IMG/VR virus record: IMGVR_UViG_3300006105_000081
Span: 1-29,953 of that record
DNA from: a virus
Lineage: Duplodnaviria > Caudoviricetes
Direction: 5' to 3' (one strand)
DNA length: 29,953 nt
The notes under the pieces were generated by a model. The model saw only the letters and a program-made list of their open reading frames with translations. It ran no database searches and was not told the DNA's origin. Shown in pieces: positions 11,001-18,868 of this stretch (the first letter of the stretch is position 1; every line of letters starts with the position of its first letter). The position numbers were made by a program, and so were the translations under genes.

Positions 11001-14000
11001 TCTACTAAATGCATATACTGTACCCACATTCGCAATAAAAGGACTTAAGAAATTCTTATATGGTGCACCTACAAATAATTTCGTTGCATCATAATTGACT
11101 GCAATACTATAGCCAAAAACATCAGCAGCGTTTGTACTTAATGGTGTACTGATATAGTTTCCACCAGTGAATATATTCTGTACTGCACGAATATATGTAT
11201 CTTGTCCGGGAATGCTATAACCAATTCTTTCTACTGTGTGAACTTTTGTTACACCACGTGTCGCATCACCAGGAAAGCCGGGATCCGGTGTATATTCAGT
11301 AGTAATTACTGTAACATACGTATTGACTGGTAACATGTTTGTGTATGTATAAATTTGATTAACACCGGGCACAATTGACAAATCAAAATATTGAATTGAA
11401 TAGGTGTCTAACACGGAAAATAAGTTCGTCCATATTGGAGCTAAAATATTATCTAAGTAAATCTTAGTTGTATTTGATGGCGCATCATATAAACTATTTG
11501 TAGAAGTAACAGTATAATCAACATTGTCAATTGAGGGATCAATTGCAAATATAGTACCAACTGGAATATTACCACTTGCCTTGATATAATAACGTCTATA
11601 TTTTTGTTTGTATGGTGCTTCACCGTTAATTTGTGTTGCAGTTTCTGCTTGTTGTAGTGTGTAGCCTGTTTGTGGATCATATCCTACTTCTGCCAATGCT
11701 GATGCACCAAATTGTGTATAGTGAAAGAATGATATTCTTTGACCGGGTACCAATGCACTACTGCTACGTCTATCACCCCTGAGTGTGAAAAATTTCTCAT
11801 TAGGTAATGTCGTATTTGACAATGCCATTGTAGGATATGGATTAAAATATGTAAAGTCAGGGCTACGCTTGTATATAAGAATTGCACCTTGTCCACCACC
11901 TGCGCTGGTTAAATTTAATCCAGGGAAGTTTACAAAGAAGAATTCACTATCACCGCTAAATGCCATTGCGGTACCTACGGGTACACCAAACGTATAATTT
12001 AACACTTGTTCTAATACCAACGCATCAATCTCGGGCGTATTAACAATGCGATAGATAAAGATTTGGCTTATTGATGGATTTGGACTACTTACTGCTACAA
12101 ATTCATCGCTACGTGCAATTACTTGTCCATATGGTGCTGTTGCGCCACCATCAGGTGTGTACTCACTCATCTTGACAAACCCAGCATCAGATTGTATATA
12201 CTTGTACATGATACCACGACCAGCATCACTGATGTAAAATCCTACTTCAGGAATATATATAACTTGTGATCCATAACTTACGTTCACATCATTTTCAATA
12301 CTACTGATAAAGTTTGTCTTACTATAGTTTTGTGATTTTTCATACACTAACCAATTATTGTTACTACCCTTATCCATCCAAACATATTCATTTGCATATT
12401 CATATGCTAATGGTAAAGAATTAATATCTAATGGGCTACCAATGCGTTGAAGTTGTAATTTAATTACAAATGAAGACCCAACTGCAGGTATTGATGTAGT
12501 ACCATTAGGCAAGCTAATGTTTATAATTATACTGGTTGCACTAGCAATACTGTTAATTGTGTAGTATCCGTCAACAACAGTACTATAATATGATATACCA
12601 ATCACATCACTAGTGGTTAGATTATGTGCTGATTCAAAAGTAACGGTTACAGTATTGTTAAAGTTATTTTTAATAGAAGTAATTGAGTTGTTTAAACTTA
12701 AAACAGAATACACACCCCAGTCGTTTGTTTTATTAGCAATCCATACATAATCATCACCGTATAAGAAATATACTGACAATGGATCTAGCCGTTGCACCGT
12801 ATATGCCATTAATGCAACATCATCCATGTGTACATAACCTGCACTAGCAAGTTGAGTCATAGGAGCAGTTGTCATAATAGGTAAAATATCACTAGAGATC
12901 AAGGATCTAGCATAGTTGACAATATTTGATAATGGTATTTCTTGTTGAGCATAACTTACACCATTGCCATTTGTAATTGCAATGATAGAGGGATTACCAG
13001 TTAATGCATTTCCATTAAGTGTAAACTCAATAAAATTACTATTCAATACACCGCCGTATTCGACACTCTTAATAGCCCAATTTTCATAAATGTCATATGT
13101 GAATTCATGGCCCTGTAACTCAATACTTTGCAATGCTTTGAGAGTATCACCTGTGCCTTTACCTTTAATCATTGTCTTGAATAAATTAACTTGACTTGTA
13201 TCGTCTAGGTTAGCGTCTGCAAGATAAGGTCTTGGTCTATATCCAATCAATGAATAACTTAACAATCCACCATCTGACTCTAAATTACTCTTATACGTAT
13301 TATAATATAAATCTGATTCATATGATCTAGTACTAGGATTTGGTACTAAACCTTTATGAATATTTTGATATTGTGTTAATAACCATTCATTAGAATTAAA
13401 TGTGATATTTGGTACAACTACCGGTATATTAGCCATCCAGTATTGACGTTTGTACACTACAATATCACCCTTAACATAACGCACATTGGGTTGCCAATCA
13501 GTTACATTGTCTTGATTTATGATGAAGCCAGGCGCATTTAATGTACCATTCCAATTATTTGTTTTAGTTCCTTTAAGGTACAAACGTTGTTGGCGTAAAC
13601 CAGTAACCAAATTGAATATTATATCATTGAATACAGTTGTATTGTCAAATATAACAGCGTGTTCAACACTACTGACAATTGATCTGAAATAACTTAAGCT
13701 ATCACCTTGTGTTAACGCTTTGGCGCTAAACAAAGTATCTTTTCTATATATTTCTAAGTTATTGATGGGAACTTGTATTAAGTTTTGATTTAAAATATAA
13801 TTTTCATTGTAATCTGTTAAAGGCTGAATCACAGATTGTGAGTTATCTATTGTGATAATATTTGCGTTAGGATTCAAATTAATTGTGCTACCGACTTCCC
13901 AACCTGTGTTGTACCAATATAGCATTTCCGCAATCATCTGATTCCAGTTTATTTCAATGCCGTTTTCTGTATCAGTAAACTGCATACCTTGACTAGTCAA

Positions 14001-17000
14001 GTATCTGCCATAACTAGCTATAAAGTTTGCTAATAATTGTATGCTTGAAAACTCATATCCATAAGGTATAACAGTTACATTAGATGCGTAGTCATTTGGT
14101 ACATTTACACTTGTCCCACCAACTGTTATTGGTGTATAGTTGTTATTAAACAATGGATCAAACGCTAAAAAATATGCTTTGTTCTGACTATTACCAAATA
14201 TTTTATATCCAGTGCTAATTTTTTGAATGATGATGCTGCTATAAATGATGACATCATCAGGTTCATTTTTATACAATACAATATTGTAACTGTCATCAGG
14301 AATCAATAACACATTATTTTTACTATTTGGACTACCTTTTTCTATATAAAATTCTAACTGGTTTTTATCACTAAAGCCAGCTAGACGATACACTAAACGA
14401 ACATCTAAACTGTTTGACAAATCTGTAATGATTGAACTACCGTTTAAACCATATTGATTTAAATAATCAACAACCCAATTAAAATAACTATGTTGTGCAT
14501 AATTACTGTAGGCTGACACTGGTCCACCTGCACCACCGCCATAAATTTCTAATTGATTAGGGGCAGTTCTAAGTCTGTCATATACTAAGTATTGTTGAAA
14601 TTCTGTACTATACTTATAAACATCTAAATCTAATCCTAATGTAAAAAATTGTGCTGGTTTAGTTAATGCATATATGCGCATTAAGTCAAAGGGCCATGCT
14701 GAACTCTTCAAATAACTATATTCTGCAGGGCCAACATCACCCACTGCCCATGGTGCATTGAAAGTTGCATTATTGTATGTAGATATCAATTGTCCGTTTG
14801 TGTATTGTCCAAACGGACTTAATAAGTTACCCTGATTGTCAACAGGAATAATACTCACTAAATTAGGTCTAACACGCTTACTATTGATATAAGGTGAACC
14901 ATTGTTGTATACATATCCATTGCTTAAGTCAGTCCATAATAATGTATTATCACTTGTATAAGGTGCGGGGCCATATCTAGTTTCCCACCAAACAGGTTTA
15001 TTAACTAACCCTAGCATCTCCCATGGTGTTGTGTGTGGACTTACTGTATCATATAACCATAGATAGATACCTTTCCAATTACCTTGCTTGAATTTTGTAT
15101 TGTCTAAATTATTGAGAGTTGAATTATAATTCCATGTGAAATCATTATTACTGTCAAAAAACTGATTTGTATAGTTTACACGATTCAATCCAATCCAATT
15201 TAAGAAACTAGTACTATAGATTGTCATAAAATCATTGTATGAATAATCTGTCGTTCTAAATTGGCCAGGTTTAATATCATCAAGTGACAATGGCAATTTA
15301 GCATCTACTTTCATGTTATTGTAGATACGCATTTCAAATTCATACAATACTTTATCTCTAAAGTCTTCTAAATAACCATTATTATACTCACCGTACAACT
15401 TAGTATAACTGCCGTCATGCCCCTTAAGGAAGTATGTAGGTATTGTATATGTATCATCCAAAATTACTTCAGGAACAAACAATGGGTAGAATCCTACTTT
15501 AGTAGGAGTGTTAGGTATATAACTTCCATAAGTTTGATCATATTCTTTTATAATGATTACATCATTATTCTGCAATGTTAATAAAATTTCTACATAAAGT
15601 TGACCATCAGGCACAACATAATCAATATCTTTATAAAGTTGAATTGTTTGAGTGGGTAAACCAGCAACATTACGCACTACATAAATCAATAAACCATTGT
15701 AGTTTGCATTCTTAAAGTCATGTAATATATTTGTCGGGAATACTGAATTTGCTATACCAACTTTGAATTGATAGTTATTAACATATTTTGGAGTTTTGCT
15801 AGGTAGCATATCACTCCAATAGAACGCATTATCACTTGACTTAACACTGGTAATGATGTCCAATGCACTATCTAGCATGCTGTCAGGTGTATCATAGGGA
15901 GTAAAATTCTGAGTGTTAACTGTGTTTGCCAACAATGCTTTAAACTTCACATATTCTGTAGAATTATATATAATACTGTTAAAGAAGTTTGTACTTTGTT
16001 TTCTAAGGAATGCGGCGGCTGATGCTATACTAGAACTATTTTGAATAATCTTAGTACCATATGGGATTACGATGCCCATATCTCTATAATTGTTTGCGCC
16101 AAATGCAGAGCCAGACAATGCTATATTATTACAGATACTTTTGTAATGACCACGTATATCACCTAAATTTAAATTAGTGATAGGTGTGTTAAAGGGATTG
16201 TGGTCTAGATTACTAGGTACTTGAAAATATCCCATTTCTGAAATTTGATCACTATAAATCATTACATCAACATGTGTATCTTCCGCTATGCTATTGAGTA
16301 ATATTATGGTTGTTGTGGTTGCACCAATAGAAACAGTATAAGATGAAGTGTCAACTCTTGTATTATCTACATATACAACTATGGTAGGCCAAATAGTAGA
16401 TGTGCTACTTTTCGCAGCTATGTCTGTTATAAATATAGGACCCGCGGGCATAACATTACTATTGTATACATAATTAAACACTTGATATTGGAAACTTTTC
16501 TCTGCAGCAGTTACCCAACCAATTTTTCTAATTGTATTACCATTATTGTCCAATGAGTATACATATCCTGTGTTTACTGACTGAGGAGTTGAGACATTGT
16601 TAATAACATAATTAAATATTTGATTATTGAGTGTTATTTCAAATGTAATGTCACTAAGATTTCCTACATTACCATATGCTATAGGAAAATTTAAAATCGT
16701 ATCTACTGGGCCTGTACCAATCGCATATTGAAACAATGTGCATCCAATAAAGTCTGAGCCAGCATAATATGATGTGTCACTAAAGCTAATGCCATTACTA
16801 TCAAATATGTCAAATAAAGGAGCCTGATTGACCGTTGTTTTTTGTTGTGCCTGAATCCAAAATGCACCATCAAAATAATAACTAGTACCTTTGTATTTTT
16901 CTCCGCGTGTTACAAACACTTGATCAAGATATTTGATATTACCATCGCTAGCTACACTTAGTGTTATAGTTTCAACACCGTTGATTTTAGAAATATTTGC

Positions 17001-18854
17001 TACAAATATTTTGTTTCTTACTTCTACATTGTTATCATTGGCAAAAACAATTCTTGCACCATTGAACAATTGGCTTGTAACACCGTCTGGATAATATGCA
17101 GTGGCACCAGAAACAATTGACATTGCATTGTTTGTGGATAAATCAACATAATCGATTGCAGTTCTACCTTTAACTCCTGAATTGATTAACTTTAGGTTAG
17201 GATAAAATTCAATAATTGGTCGTTTTGCTCTAGCATTGTTAGATGCTAGTGCCGCACTTGCAATAGGACTAATTGTATTATTTTCAATTGTTATTTTTAG
17301 TACATCAACGTGGAACCAAGCATTACTGCGTGTCCATGCATTTCTATCTAAGCTAGCACGATTGATTGTAATGTAGTCAGCAGTATGAGATAGTTGCAAT
17401 GAACTCTCATATGTATCCATATCATAATATGTTTCATCAAATGCTTCACTTATTGTATCACCAAAAGGTTCAGGAACAATCTGTTGGCTGACTGGTATCA
17501 ATATGATTCCGGTACCAACACCCTCAACATAATATGTGTCATTTAAAAATTCAACAGGAAATATACTACCGGTGAATTGAACTTTTAATCCATTGGTAAA
17601 TGTAATTCCATTAGGACTAGTATATGATGTTTGTCCCAATACGTCATCGTTGACATTGATGGTACTACTTAGTGGATTGTCGATTAATTTTATTTTACCA
17701 AATTTTGAAGGATTTACTCCGTCTTGATAATATAAAGTATCTAATGTACTAGTTATTTGTGGGATTAGCTGTATATTCCCATAACTATCTTTAATGAATA
17801 CACGTGAGATATAATCAACACCACTTTGAATAGTAATTTGAGTATTATCACTAAGTATTTCATATGGATCTAATTCTATCAATGGATTGGAAGAATTACC
17901 AAGATAACGTATCTTATACAAATATTTGTTAACATTCGTATTTGTAAAATTTGAAACTTCAGCCGCATCAGTACCGTAAAATAGTAATGTTTTACCTTCA
18001 AGTTGATTGACACCGTCAATTGAAACAATCTCATTCAAATAATGATGATGAATATCATTGAAGGATTTGGTTGTTAGTAAATCTGCAAAAATGTCACCTG
18101 GCGAAAATATATACTGTTGATCTGAGGTTAACGGTACATTGAAAATTACACTTTGTGTTTGACTACCGTTATTTTCTACACCGTAAATTTCACGTGTACT
18201 TACATTTGTTTTCGTTGCATCAACACCGGACAGTCCTGGTTGAGTTTGAATATAAAAAGGTGTTGTTTGATTTAAATTAAATCTATATGTTCCACCTCTA
18301 ACCAATTCAATTGTAGGATTACCCTGAGTAGTAGAGGCATCATTAATAACAAAAGTATATTCATTTGCTAAACTATTGACTGCAAAGGTAGCTTCAGTTA
18401 ATGCTTGTACATTAGAAATTGTAACTGGTTCAGGGCCTTGCGGTACCCAATAGTATTGACCAAAGTTAATAAGTTTATCTAAATCTGCAAAACTATCCCA
18501 TGCATAGAATTCATTACTAAACAAATTGTTATGATTTGTTTTAATACCGCTTTCTAATTCAATTGCACTAACCAAACCCGGATAGGTTATCATGTCAACT
18601 GCAATACTAGTATCTTTTTTCTTAAAAACAACTGCTGGTTCTAATTGGTAGTTTGTTCGTGTAACGGTTGGTTCTGTCAAATATTTGTCAGTACTTGAAA
18701 TGCCATATCCAAATTTGCTACCAATGAAGCCTTGAACCTTTTTAAAATCTGGTTGTTGAACCAATTGGTCTAACGTAGCATTTAAAAATAACTCGTTTGT
18801 GGTTGTTTGAAAAATCTCTGGTAAAAAATCAATTGTTCTAATTTTTGTTGCCAT
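2082..18854 (-). CDS. Giant multidomain baseplate wedge/adhesin protein (5590 aa; occupies the T4 gp7 position)
   Basis: Uninterrupted 16.8-kb ORF directly after gp6. The N-terminus T.DFLPEIFQT..N..FL..TLDQL is wedge-like, and the motifs LLFEYIQSE..WLNKTSF and YVDEIKPYHT lie internally. It contains FG-GAP-like repeats, Asp-box repeats, CBM5/12-like motifs and many small beta-sandwich repeats. Confidence 0.8.
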   Translation of the reverse strand: MATKIRTIDFLPEIFQTTTNELFLNATLDQLVQQPDFKKVQGFIGSKFGYGISSTDKYLTEPTVTRTNYQLEPAVVFKKKDTSIAVDMITYPGLVSAIELESGIKTNHNNLFSNEFYAWDSFADLDKLINFGQYYWVPQGPEPVTISNVQALTEATFAVNSLANEYTFVINDASTTQGNPTIELVRGGTYRFNLNQTTPFYIQTQPGLSGVDATKTNVSTREIYGVENNGSQTQSVIFNVPLTSDQQYIFSPGDIFADLLTTKSFNDIHHHYLNEIVSIDGVNQLEGKTLLFYGTDAAEVSNFTNTNVNKYLYKIRYLGNSSNPLIELDPYEILSDNTQITIQSGVDYISRVFIKDSYGNIQLIPQITSTLDTLYYQDGVNPSKFGKIKLIDNPLSSTINVNDDVLGQTSYTSPNGITFTNGLKVQFTGSIFPVEFLNDTYYVEGVGTGIILIPVSQQIVPEPFGDTISEAFDETYYDMDTYESSLQLSHTADYITINRASLDRNAWTRSNAWFHVDVLKITIENNTISPIASAALASNNARAKRPIIEFYPNLKLINSGVKGRTAIDYVDLSTNNAMSIVSGATAYYPDGVTSQLFNGARIVFANDNNVEVRNKIFVANISKINGVETITLSVASDGNIKYLDQVFVTRGEKYKGTSYYFDGAFWIQAQQKTTVNQAPLFDIFDSNGISFSDTSYYAGSDFIGCTLFQYAIGTGPVDTILNFPIAYGNVGNLSDITFEITLNNQIFNYVINNVSTPQSVNTGYVYSLDNNGNTIRKIGWVTAAEKSFQYQVFNYVYNSNVMPAGPIFITDIAAKSSTSTIWPTIVVYVDNTRVDTSSYTVSIGATTTTIILLNSIAEDTHVDVMIYSDQISEMGYFQVPSNLDHNPFNTPITNLNLGDIRGHYKSICNNIALSGSAFGANNYRDMGIVIPYGTKIIQNSSSIASAAAFLRKQSTNFFNSIIYNSTEYVKFKALLANTVNTQNFTPYDTPDSMLDSALDIITSVKSSDNAFYWSDMLPSKTPKYVNNYQFKVGIANSVFPTNILHDFKNANYNGLLIYVVRNVAGLPTQTIQLYKDIDYVVPDGQLYVEILLTLQNNDVIIIKEYDQTYGSYIPNTPTKVGFYPLFVPEVILDDTYTIPTYFLKGHDGSYTKLYGEYNNGYLEDFRDKVLYEFEMRIYNNMKVDAKLPLSLDDIKPGQFRTTDYSYNDFMTIYSTSFLNWIGLNRVNYTNQFFDSNNDFTWNYNSTLNNLDNTKFKQGNWKGIYLWLYDTVSPHTTPWEMLGLVNKPVWWETRYGPAPYTSDNTLLWTDLSNGYVYNNGSPYINSKRVRPNLVSIIPVDNQGNLLSPFGQYTNGQLISTYNNATFNAPWAVGDVGPAEYSYLKSSAWPFDLMRIYALTKPAQFFTLGLDLDVYKYSTEFQQYLVYDRLRTAPNQLEIYGGGAGGPVSAYSNYAQHSYFNWVVDYLNQYGLNGSSIITDLSNSLDVRLVYRLAGFSDKNQLEFYIEKGSPNSKNNVLLIPDDSYNIVLYKNEPDDVIIYSSIIIQKISTGYKIFGNSQNKAYFLAFDPLFNNNYTPITVGGTSVNVPNDYASNVTVIPYGYEFSSIQLLANFIASYGRYLTSQGMQFTDTENGIEINWNQMIAEMLYWYNTGWEVGSTINLNPNANIITIDNSQSVIQPLTDYNENYILNQNLIQVPINNLEIYRKDTLFSAKALTQGDSLSYFRSIVSSVEHAVIFDNTTVFNDIIFNLVTGLRQQRLYLKGTKTNNWNGTLNAPGFIINQDNVTDWQPNVRYVKGDIVVYKRQYWMANIPVVVPNITFNSNEWLLTQYQNIHKGLVPNPSTRSYESDLYYNTYKSNLESDGGLLSYSLIGYRPRPYLADANLDDTSQVNLFKTMIKGKGTGDTLKALQSIELQGHEFTYDIYENWAIKSVEYGGVLNSNFIEFTLNGNALTGNPSIIAITNGNGVSYAQQEIPLSNIVNYARSLISSDILPIMTTAPMTQLASAGYVHMDDVALMAYTVQRLDPLSVYFLYGDDYVWIANKTNDWGVYSVLSLNNSITSIKNNFNNTVTVTFESAHNLTTSDVIGISYYSTVVDGYYTINSIASATSIIINISLPNGTTSIPAVGSSFVIKLQLQRIGSPLDINSLPLAYEYANEYVWMDKGSNNNWLVYEKSQNYSKTNFISSIENDVNVSYGSQVIYIPEVGFYISDAGRGIMYKYIQSDAGFVKMSEYTPDGGATAPYGQVIARSDEFVAVSSPNPSISQIFIYRIVNTPEIDALVLEQVLNYTFGVPVGTAMAFSGDSEFFFVNFPGLNLTSAGGGQGAILIYKRSPDFTYFNPYPTMALSNTTLPNEKFFTLRGDRRSSSALVPGQRISFFHYTQFGASALAEVGYDPQTGYTLQQAETATQINGEAPYKQKYRRYYIKASGNIPVGTIFAIDPSIDNVDYTVTSTNSLYDAPSNTTKIYLDNILAPIWTNLFSVLDTYSIQYFDLSIVPGVNQIYTYTNMLPVNTYVTVITTEYTPDPGFPGDATRGVTKVHTVERIGYSIPGQDTYIRAVQNIFTGGNYISTPLSTNAADVFGYSIAVNYDATKLFVGAPYKNFLSPFIANVGTVYAFSRLEQKYEIDFTPPAGNVFELYLDFIPGVGTSLWLNGSKLDTSRYAFGSINDSVYVKISGLVAGDIISIKSPNFVVDQQLTSYESPDGVIPGQQFGKSISCNSTGTEVIVGCPHDLTMPGQEGAVYRFTHEGKKYGTITALIGVNGTGQMTESYILLNGYSVQIPVGDAYTAANAINNAAVPNVIAYVFDTPSGDNLLRIRLLNKSIGEENNKLDINVFNGNEFFFLGIAPYIKTQVIREPHAQEGSYFGEHVLFNEKSSFAVTAPHATSYASTSFDNLTSDIHNNTVFDNNLTTFEDKFPEAGAVYIFDYIPTYDESLLNAGQFVYAQSCNDDISDYGATPLYGASIAFNNDTLMVGSPKFKADIAVSTSTYTGDGTTKSYSIYSGLSSNDIQVTLNGIVQRISNPAKTYINDGKTLKYTLTAGATQNSLFVTVNGVLQVAGSPSLPGSNYIVNNTSLTFINRLNPGDVVSITELYTGAYHIVGSLLVFNVAPVKNAIIQINQSLHKDNLGYSSANGRVTIYENKSKINNWHIYRNPTEIVDLDKIQQIKLYDNVNDDTLDSLDYFDPLNGKLLGAVRENLDFISDSDPAGYNSPKYTTGKLVWGTNHVGKLWFNTSNTKFLNYHQDDLHYNSVNWGRIFPGSTVTVYSWTENSVLPVNYTGAGTVLDIEKYVVGYSVDSTSQLVTKYYYWVRNTNEIYNGKTLSDSILENYITDPQNSGISYFAPLDASTYALYNSRDYIHGVQTNMHIGFSTGVSEAPLRNEFKLIRSNFAEDFLPGFVDPSRGYTTPIGLYSRMLDSFAGDDLSGQVVPDLNLPSYMRTGVNVRPRQSFFVDRFNALKNYLEYCNTVLLQYPVTEVSNLTFLSAQGTYYDTTAYWSYVYYWDTGYSDSTKTTVEVNIYADLLKLTPSEGMIVGVRFNGQGKREVYAYTSGQWNRVGLQDGTIQINSMLWDYAGNRIGFGDSFFDTLPFDQYPSTETRYIIRALNEQIFTGPLLKYRNESLILLFEYIQSENTLEHNYLPWLNKTSFVDIDYVVRPLIQETKYQLDNSTLLSGYVDEIKPYHTVVKDISFSYTGYDSTESYMTDFDLPAIYDATRNVFTTPKLVYDSNATLSNDDEYSASASIWTTDAYSSWYQNFGLTLIDIPNQTVASVTKYVATVDNILYIDNARGLPIQGVMYINGEAIGYNNINRETGLVSGLTRGLENTTVITHLPGELVVMNLPAIMVLDGGRNYVNPPSVTAYIDTTIYPKPTTPAVLSPVMNGDQVAAVVVVDPGAGYAVKPEIIFSSSYDVTFDENAINATTHTILIPSTFFVTGDLIKSTSSDPTHTSILDGYYYVYIVATINENELAQITLHKSHAASLKGENQLVFAGIENASTTYTFSLTARAIPQTTNTLVRTIQNTMRFDRTSYAPKVQQWVPSQYYSSPFNSLGTEISQSTLLSYSQPYTNLSGTGGNGTGAVFTVYNVFIGGNYSVTVTNSGNHYHINDTITITGSHLGGTDSINDCVITVTGLLNTYTRLNADVYTGTSGTAALFTIVSNGINYAVTVASPGINYVLGDQFTFAGGRFNGVSTTNDVTITVTGITSQGAITTISFSGTPATNGSIHTLSVSGTAVDAYLSSLAGVVLPITNSYADGNGNSIVSLDYALSGLKPGQIQGSKVYFYRNLNSYIYDDTNSNFTGNIVGSISGTTLTVTTVNSGNLGIPYLLHNGGVVSGTYVTAQLTATETPVATATAAQATVGTNTLLLSSFTLNDISRVLVGQFVQPVTGIPANTFVTFVNYVTGSIIISNNTTAVVNSSLNIYIAGGTGTYTVNNSQSLASTTMDVGGGAKIEIHRPRFNPNSVNNEYFIKILNYGTCYNDTTQNKIVISGALLGGIAGVNDATITVHTGSLIGNNPIISATVGGIAVGFYEIYYLNPIDDTHVQVFKDSARRIPLPYNQYVYTDYSNITNRTASNYIGSLNTDYAYIPEPIYSGEGYVYDATALVLYNGSAYTCIQSNNDSVFDPAKWTKLQADDRKLNALDRIVIYYQPSATMIPKDIQQLVKGTSYPNDVYYGNSFSPEDSYPIDMVVKDQIFYPRDVSIKAMIYDGENYVALSESSTHSSVLTSTDGINWNNFSISNSVLQLTSLNYNTDHQQYVVTDNTYHNSLLLSHDLENWLGVGQSTNYGMTPYDDNNFDSSPIVCPDGILNKVIYTQGYYYAAGDKILKSIDGVIWETVALLTGQYPAIINDMENVITTYFDGFIAVGETTASDSNHLSQTVSYIMASIDGNNWMVTDNQFLGIGSVHLVTYSPDIIVIAGASGSVFYSTNGFNWLMGDISGNGNTNALNKGAYANGIFILVGDSGVILRSTNGIDWLDVSGATTNNLYSIINDGVYFYAAGDKGTILQSMDGTTWLDTSVIRQPTSDVDPIEKLPYSTIKGSDFLFGYGPEEMIPGLMTDSLSMTVVSAPGSYWDDTNAISGQLIVENNGFSMISKTTTPIKNKVSFASMALYPAQISVFVMDMITHTGTRIYEQSSANSPLSYTVDWYNKEITLSDSLTNDNQITIEVYEIGNGKEYFKSSTDYVPLRTNDQGNSYIQLDIKYKPIQVEPVIYVNGSALVYNQDYTIDFTTGVYAYTIITFVTEYDQETDYITFTLLDTSLNDYNTTEYLFSIPETQLFTGSSTDTFNLTNYIGGTYSQPPGAALGDNATNAIVEINGIRRDPTPGVEYTITVPDPVNRPNVATLVFNNPVSSDDLVAVTTYHEVQRLYLKTLVWTSAPYTVQDLFYYGIIDLVEYSDPTKVWVTINGQRVDPSVVTYDGANLNIATTINSGDEVVATIMAKGSSPNALSYTVDIDKNNNTLIYRNNIEITSWLVTDLLPSDSSIYVYDLQNIIDKGTTQGIVKINNEKIRYSMVDLVANTLSGLTRGVLGTSVAEVHSMYEQVTGLTANATLDPNYYNKRWNTNNIDEVNGDPLQLSTSPTATFLKYGHY
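3810..4755 (-). repeat. Seven Asp-box (BNR-like) repeats: predicted beta-propeller within the giant protein
   Basis: STDGINW, SHDLENW, SIDGVIW, SIDGNNW, STNGFNW, STNGIDW and SMDGTTW occur at about 40-60 aa spacing. Confidence 0.8.
9438..12278 (-). repeat. Seven FG-GAP-like blades: predicted beta-propeller interrupted by insertions
   Basis: Blade starts are YGSQV..ISDA, YGQVIA..VSSP, VGTAMA..VNFP, FGYSIA..VGAP, FGKSIS..VGCP, FGEHV..VTAP and YGASIA..VGSP. Each is followed by a G.VY.F-like strand (e.g. GAILIY, GTVYAF, GAVYRF, GAVYIF, GRVTIY). Confidence 0.7.
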
Positions 18855-18868
18855 TATCTATGCCTATT

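Noticed and set aside
2082-18854. Inteins, introns or a diversity-generating retroelement target explaining the size of the giant gene
   Set aside because: I saw no intein splice or LAGLIDADG/HNH motifs, no frame interruptions, no reverse transcriptase and no adenine-variable repeat pair. The inserts look like structural beta domains.
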